Shown piece after piece: positions 15,577 through 20,000 of a stretch of DNA of 20,000 bases. The notes below the pieces were generated by a model. That model made no database searches. It saw nothing but the letters and a program-made list of their open reading frames with translations, and was not told where the DNA came from. Source of the stretch: an uncultured virus (IMG/VR IMGVR_UViG_3300005405_000309) (taxonomy: Duplodnaviria > Heunggongvirae > Uroviricota > Caudoviricetes); IMG/VR virus record IMGVR_UViG_3300005405_000309; one strand, given 5' to 3'. Made by a program: the position numbers and the translations under genes. Position 1 is the first letter of the stretch; each line of letters begins with the position of its first letter.

Positions 15577-18396
15577 CTACCCTTCACTCACAAGACCAAA
15601 ATCCCAGCCCATTTGCAGTGTTCCCGGTCCGCTCTTTTTCTTGCCACCGCGTTTGGACATTTCGATAACTTTATAACTCGAACGTTCTACCATAACTTCA
15701 TGGTTTTCAGACTGAACTAGTTCAACGACGGAAATTGGCTCTGTTTCGGCAAAGATGTTCCCGTCTGCCAAACAAGCTATATCACTCACTGGTTCTACGG
15801 TAAGTTCCTCAGAACTAGTTTCGCTAATGGCTAATGGCTTGTAGCCCATTCGTTTCCATATTTCGTCGGCACTATCAACGTTTTCGAGACCCTCGACCAA
15901 TGCCTTGGCTAATTCCATTTCCATACTTCCACCAACGCCAGAACCCATCTTGCGCAGCGCATCGTCACTGAAGTGTCCTTCAATCGCGAGAGAAGCCTCA
16001 ATTTTGGCTCCGATTAATCGAATCGCACTCTCCTGTAAACTTCTCTCATAAACCATGAAGAAAACAAAAACTTCTTTCGTCTGACCCAGCCTCCAACTGC
16101 GTTTGGCGGCTTGCCTCAAAGTCATCACATTATAACCAGTCTCATAATAGATGATCGACGGAAAACTTAATAAATCGAGTCCAGTCTTAACTTTTTCAGG
16201 GTTTACGATTACAGCATCGTATCCCTTCCAAACTTTATCGGCGATCCAAGATGCCCTTTTTTTGCTTGACACCCCATCGCCAAGATAGGCAGCTTTTATC
16301 CCATTCCTTTCAAAGACACCAAGTAACCGTTTTGGCACTGTCGGCTTTTTAGTAAAATTCACATAAACTAAGCACTTTCTGCCTAACCGCTTTTGCGTCC
16401 ATACTATTTCCATGAGTCGTTCTTCTTTTGGATATTCAATACTATCCGAAAGATTCTTTGGTTCATAGACAACCACCGAACGATCTCTTGGTTCAGTAAT
16501 GGGCGCTACATCAAAGGGATGGTCTGCGTACGATAAAAGTCCATTGATATAGGCTCCTAAAAATCGGCTTCTCCTATTTGAGTATTGTGCTGATTTAATA
16601 AGATCAACCATCGTCATCTCCATCTCACGATACGCTGCCCTTTGTTCATTTAACATTGGAATTAGTTCTACATATTCGGTGTATTCAGGGAGATTGTCCG
16701 TAACATCTGTTAACTCTAGAAAGGCGGCTATTTCAAGGAGATAGTCTCCAAATACTTGGGGAGAAATCCCCGGTAGAGTCTTTTCGGATACTAACTTACG
16801 ACCGCTCCTAGACGATCTCTTTCGATCATCTTGCTCCTTATAGGTTCTTTCAACGACCCCGTATGTTTTTGAAAACGCTAACGAACTTCCAAATTCAAAA
16901 CCACGTTTTTTGAATTCCCTAGGATTCGCGAAAAACAAGGCCCTATACACATCTGATGGAACTCCACCGAAAAGTGTACCGGTTAAACCCAAGGTTCGTT
17001 TAGCCATTCCAACCAACGTGCCAAAAGCAGCACTTTGGGATGAATCAATGCCTTTCATTTCATGGATTTCATCAGTTATTAATAAGTCGATAAGCCCTTT
17101 CCACTTTCGTTTAATGACATCGATCGGTGCTACTTTACGATGTGTCGTATTATCTGCACTCCAAAGTGATGCACCACACTCTTTACCGTCAACAATAGCT
17201 GTACATTTCTGATTATCAGACGTTGGTTTGATAAAGGCTTCTAGGTCAAAAACATAATCATTTTTGCCTATGAGAATATTTCCACAGTCAGGACATGTCC
17301 ACGCTCTCTTTCGCTCATTCCAGCGGACAGCCGGATACCGAAGGTATCCCAGTTTTAGCATATCCTTTGACATTATAATGAAACGCGGTTTGTCACAAGA
17401 CTCCTTCAACATGGGAGTTAGTTTAAAAATATCGATATAACTTTCTGCGATGATCGCCTCGGCATCGATTGTCTTCTCTATTTCTTCTTTCCATTTATCT
17501 ACGAGATGCCCCGGCGACATTACGAAGATGTTTTTAACCTTCATTAAATGCGCAATTCCAATGGCCATGAGAGTCTTGCCAGTTCCCATTTCAGCACTAC
17601 AAAACGCTAATCGCTTGGTCTCTAAGGCGAGTGTTAGTCCTTGTATTGTATCCGCCTGCGCTTGATAGGGTTTCCTCTTTAACTCAAATAAACGAGGATC
17701 AAGAGGATCTCCCGGATTATGCAGGGGAACAAATTGTTGATTCAGATTTTTTGCCAAGGCCCCTCCAAACCCTAGTAGATAATCAGAAACTTTCGTGCAG
17801 GAATCAAGAGACCGATTGCCAGGGTTTCCTTCTGGAATTTCGATAGAACCTGTTCTTAATCCGCGTTTGACAATCTCCTCAATATCATCCTCACTGCCCA
17901 TAATATGGAATGCTCTAAGGGGTATCTGCTCTACGCTGTATACTAGGCAATATTCAGCAGTTCCGCACTTAATAAGTTCCTCCATAATATAAGGCGTCCA
18001 CTCTTTCATTAGGGGGTTTGGGTGTTTTGCTTTCAACCACGCTGAAACGGCTTTGACAATATCACCATCCCACGCCAGAACAGCTCCACCATTCACTTTT
18101 TCCTGTCCATAGCATTTTGCATGGGCAAAGATTCCGTGTGTAAGGTCGTTCATTTTCCCGCTGTAAGACCGATAAGAACCAACCGTGCTTACTTGAATTT
18201 TATTTCCCTCTCCACTCTTATCTTCAATGAGGTAGTATGCCTCCTCGCGATTGGTATGTGCCTTCGCAATAACGGCCTTTACCGTGGAATCATATCCTCC
18301 TACACTCGCATAAACGACTTCCTTCATAGGAGTAAGAACCATTAGATCACAAAACACCCTAAAGCGGGTGAGCTCTCCGTAAACCTCTAATAGCAC
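15577..18396 (-). CDS. SNF2-like/DEAD-box SF2 helicase with a Zn-ribbon insertion (partner of the DUF6094 MTase)
   Basis: PYQAQ, Walker A AEMGTGKT, DEIH, LTGT, TGLDL, QAAKRSWRLGQ; CPDC...C...C insertion. GTG start with RBS AGGAGG. Confidence 0.88.
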   Translation of the reverse strand: MLLEVYGELTRFRVFCDLMVLTPMKEVVYASVGGYDSTVKAVIAKAHTNREEAYYLIEDKSGEGNKIQVSTVGSYRSYSGKMNDLTHGIFAHAKCYGQEKVNGGAVLAWDGDIVKAVSAWLKAKHPNPLMKEWTPYIMEELIKCGTAEYCLVYSVEQIPLRAFHIMGSEDDIEEIVKRGLRTGSIEIPEGNPGNRSLDSCTKVSDYLLGFGGALAKNLNQQFVPLHNPGDPLDPRLFELKRKPYQAQADTIQGLTLALETKRLAFCSAEMGTGKTLMAIGIAHLMKVKNIFVMSPGHLVDKWKEEIEKTIDAEAIIAESYIDIFKLTPMLKESCDKPRFIIMSKDMLKLGYLRYPAVRWNERKRAWTCPDCGNILIGKNDYVFDLEAFIKPTSDNQKCTAIVDGKECGASLWSADNTTHRKVAPIDVIKRKWKGLIDLLITDEIHEMKGIDSSQSAAFGTLVGMAKRTLGLTGTLFGGVPSDVYRALFFANPREFKKRGFEFGSSLAFSKTYGVVERTYKEQDDRKRSSRSGRKLVSEKTLPGISPQVFGDYLLEIAAFLELTDVTDNLPEYTEYVELIPMLNEQRAAYREMEMTMVDLIKSAQYSNRRSRFLGAYINGLLSYADHPFDVAPITEPRDRSVVVYEPKNLSDSIEYPKEERLMEIVWTQKRLGRKCLVYVNFTKKPTVPKRLLGVFERNGIKAAYLGDGVSSKKRASWIADKVWKGYDAVIVNPEKVKTGLDLLSFPSIIYYETGYNVMTLRQAAKRSWRLGQTKEVFVFFMVYERSLQESAIRLIGAKIEASLAIEGHFSDDALRKMGSGVGGSMEMELAKALVEGLENVDSADEIWKRMGYKPLAISETSSEELTVEPVSDIACLADGNIFAETEPISVVELVQSENHEVMVERSSYKVIEMSKRGGKKKSGPGTLQMGWDFGLVSEG

Positions 18397-18420
18397 GATA
18401 TCATCCTCCTATTTCTCAAT

Positions 18421-18458
18421 AAAAAAAGGAGAAACCTTTCCACAAAGGCTCTCTCCTT
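18421..18458 (-). terminator. Intrinsic terminator directly upstream of the helicase RBS
   Basis: Minus strand AAGGAGAGAGCCTTT-GTGG-AAAGGTTTCTCCTT followed by TTTTT. Confidence 0.72.
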
Positions 18459-18549
18459 AATCACGACTCCTATTATCTGTACTTAAATATATCACCCATC
18501 CGCCAAAGAGGCCGATTCCCCCTAGTATCAACGAATACACAAACCTCAT
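18457..18549 (-). CDS. 30-aa single-TM peptide MRFVYSLILGGIGLFGGWVIYLSTDNRSRD
   Basis: Translated by hand. RBS AAAAGGGGG about 5 nt before the ATG; stop TAA runs into the terminator stem. Below the ORF-track size cutoff. Confidence 0.62.
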   Translation of the reverse strand: MRFVYSLILGGIGLFGGWVIYLSTDNRSRD

Positions 18550-18603
18550 ATTAGCCCCCTTTTCAAAACTATTTACATAATAATTTCATCATTTCACAGT
18601 GAT

Positions 18604-19635
18604 TTACATCAATACTCGTAAATCTCCAATATGATCCCTCAGGACAATATTGACTGTATGAGACTCCACGACTTTTGTAATGTCCACTATACTACCATCT
18701 TTCTCAACTGCTTCATCATAGCTTTCTTGGACATTTTTAACGACTCGACCTCGTACCAGGTGACGATCATAGCCGCTTCCAAGAACACCATTCGCATAGC
18801 CGCTCGCTAAAAGTAATGCATCATGACCAGCATGGGTTCTTGTTACCGGTCTCATTACTCGATCATTGTCATGAAGTTCTGATGCTTGTTTGAACTTCAT
18901 CGATAAGCGCGATGCTGCCATATCTTTTAATACCTCGTCATGGTCTAATATTCCACCTCGGAATAAAGCTATCGATTGCGTTGGTAAGATTGTATATTCC
19001 GGTATCATAGCCTCTGTAATCACTGGCCAGCTCTCTCCTGCTGCCGCACATTCCAGGATTCGATTCGCAGCGTCTTCATCTGGACAAGGCATCTCTTTTA
19101 ATATTCCGAAAAGAATAATTTGTCCAAATGATGCATACTCAGTATCCGGAAATCTAAAAACCTGAATTTTCCGGAATCGATAGGAGAGTACACGCGCAAC
19201 ATCTTGAGTCAGCTGGTGCTGTTGGATAATATAGATCAACAAACCGCCTTTAGCTAAATAGTGATACGTGTCCTTTAGAAAACGCAATTCCTTACGCTCT
19301 GATTTCTCCTCATCCGATCCCGCTTGATAATCAAAGGGAGGGTTTAAATAAAGGATCGAAAACCCACTATTTGTAATCCGCGCCGTTTCATATCCGCCTC
19401 TGGCTACTTTATGCAGCCTTGATTTCGCTTCTGGAACAAAATTTTCATTAATTTCAACACCATAGCCGAGACCGTTGGTATCTTGAACGAGATCATGCAG
19501 GGCTTGTCCTTTGCCACAACACGGATCAAGCGCATTAAACGAAGTGTTTCCAAATTCGAGATACGTCCTCGCTAATTGCACAATGGAGTCAGGTGTCGGA
19601 TAAAATCCTAATTTTTTTTGACCTTCAATCCTCAT
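18604..19635 (-). CDS. DUF6094-type SAM-dependent N6-adenine DNA methyltransferase
   Basis: GFYPTP, motif I LDPCCGKG, catalytic LYLNPPF, and C-terminal RP...GH.ALLLASGYANG typical of ICE/plasmid MTases paired with helicases. RBS AAGGAG. Confidence 0.85.
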   Translation of the reverse strand: MRIEGQKKLGFYPTPDSIVQLARTYLEFGNTSFNALDPCCGKGQALHDLVQDTNGLGYGVEINENFVPEAKSRLHKVARGGYETARITNSGFSILYLNPPFDYQAGSDEEKSERKELRFLKDTYHYLAKGGLLIYIIQQHQLTQDVARVLSYRFRKIQVFRFPDTEYASFGQIILFGILKEMPCPDEDAANRILECAAAGESWPVITEAMIPEYTILPTQSIALFRGGILDHDEVLKDMAASRLSMKFKQASELHDNDRVMRPVTRTHAGHDALLLASGYANGVLGSGYDRHLVRGRVVKNVQESYDEAVEKDGSIVDITKVVESHTVNIVLRDHIGDLRVLM

Positions 19636-19641
19636 TGTTTG

Positions 19642-19717
19642 ACAACTCCTTTTTGCACCCCCTTTCGCAGGAAGAGATGCATTAAAACACCCTCCTGCAG
19701 GGCAAAAAAGAACTTGT
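19642..19717 (-). promoter_or_regulatory. Long leader hairpin that sequesters the methyltransferase RBS
   Basis: ACAAGUUCUUUUUUGC pairs with GCAAAAAGGAGUUGU; inner stems GCAGGA/UCCUGC and GGGUGU/GCAUCU. Confidence 0.55.
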
Positions 19718-19766
19718 TATGCTATTGATGCATACACATAATTACTGTATGGAGTTTCTCCACCAA

Positions 19767-20000
19767 TCAAGAGCAGGTGGGAGCCCCCAGATTCATCTGT
19801 GGGGAGGAAACCTGCACCCCCAAAGCAAACTCATAAGCGTAGCCATCAGCTCTGTGAATAATCCTTAGATACCTCGTATGCACATCAAATCCATTCAGTT
19901 TAAAGCTCGGTCTGAACCGGATCGCTACACGCCCTGTGTGCATTCCCTTATATTTGCCTTTAGGAATTACAGCATTAACTATGTCACCTGTCTGAAACCC
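19767..20000 (-). CDS. iscB: C-terminus of an IscB RNA-guided endonuclease (5'-partial)
   Basis: Translated by hand: GFQTGDIVNAVIPKGKYKGMHTGRVAIRFRPSFKLNGFDVHTRYLRIIHRADGYAY..., matching the IscB C-terminal pattern GFQTGDIV.A.VP.GK..G...GRVAVR...SF......I.RADGY.Y. Not in the ORF track. Confidence 0.85.
   Translation of the reverse strand, partial: GFQTGDIVNAVIPKGKYKGMHTGRVAIRFRPSFKLNGFDVHTRYLRIIHRADGYAYEFALGVQVSSPQMNLGAPTCS
19773..19815 (-). mobile_element. Right-end subterminal hairpin of an IS200/IS605-superfamily (ISC/IscB) element
   Basis: Minus strand GCAGGTTTCCTCCCCACAGATGAATCTGGGGGCTCCCACCTGC: a TTCCTCCCCAC..GAA..GGGGG hairpin with a bulged A, typical of these element ends, overlapping the last iscB codons. 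Confidence 0.72.

Noticed and set aside
154..19165. All + strand ORFs in the track (e.g. 154..534, 4212..4730, 10090..10611, 12962..13327, 15364..15720, 16910..17212)
   Set aside because: They are antisense shadows of well-supported minus-strand genes, with no recognisable motifs or convincing RBS.
18604..19635. Methyltransferase as part of a classical type I/II/III R-M system
   Set aside because: No HsdS/HsdR, Res or PD-(D/E)xK nuclease is recognisable; the partner is an ICE-type SF2 helicase.

Overview
Part of a Firmicute (probably Clostridia/Peptococcaceae-like; inferred from strong GGAGG/GGGGG RBSs and SigA-type promoters) conjugative element, either an ICE or a plasmid. All credible genes are on the minus strand. 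In transcription order (20000->1): the 3' end and terminal hairpin of an IscB (IS200/IS605 OMEGA) element missed by the ORF track; a DUF6094-type N6-adenine methyltransferase; an unannotated 30-aa membrane peptide; an SNF2-like SF2 helicase; a membrane-anchored DnaE-type OB-fold protein; an orphan DUF4258 protein; a ~730-bp AT-rich control region with a perfect 20-bp inverted repeat; a leader gene plus structured RNA/terminator that resembles a processive antitermination module; a Gram-positive T4SS cluster (pilin, PrgI/VirB3-like, accessory protein, VirB4, bitopic protein, VirB6-like, SLT+M23 hydrolase, second pilin paralogue with a Thr/Pro stalk); a UvrD helicase with an apparently degenerate RelE-like N-domain; a membrane protein; and a near-consensus promoter with tandem palindromic operators driving a 58-aa gene and a DUF4046 repeat protein (also missed by the ORF track). 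No relaxase, coupling protein, integrase, CRISPR array, tRNA or rRNA is visible. Family assignments come from motif recognition by eye, not from database searches.
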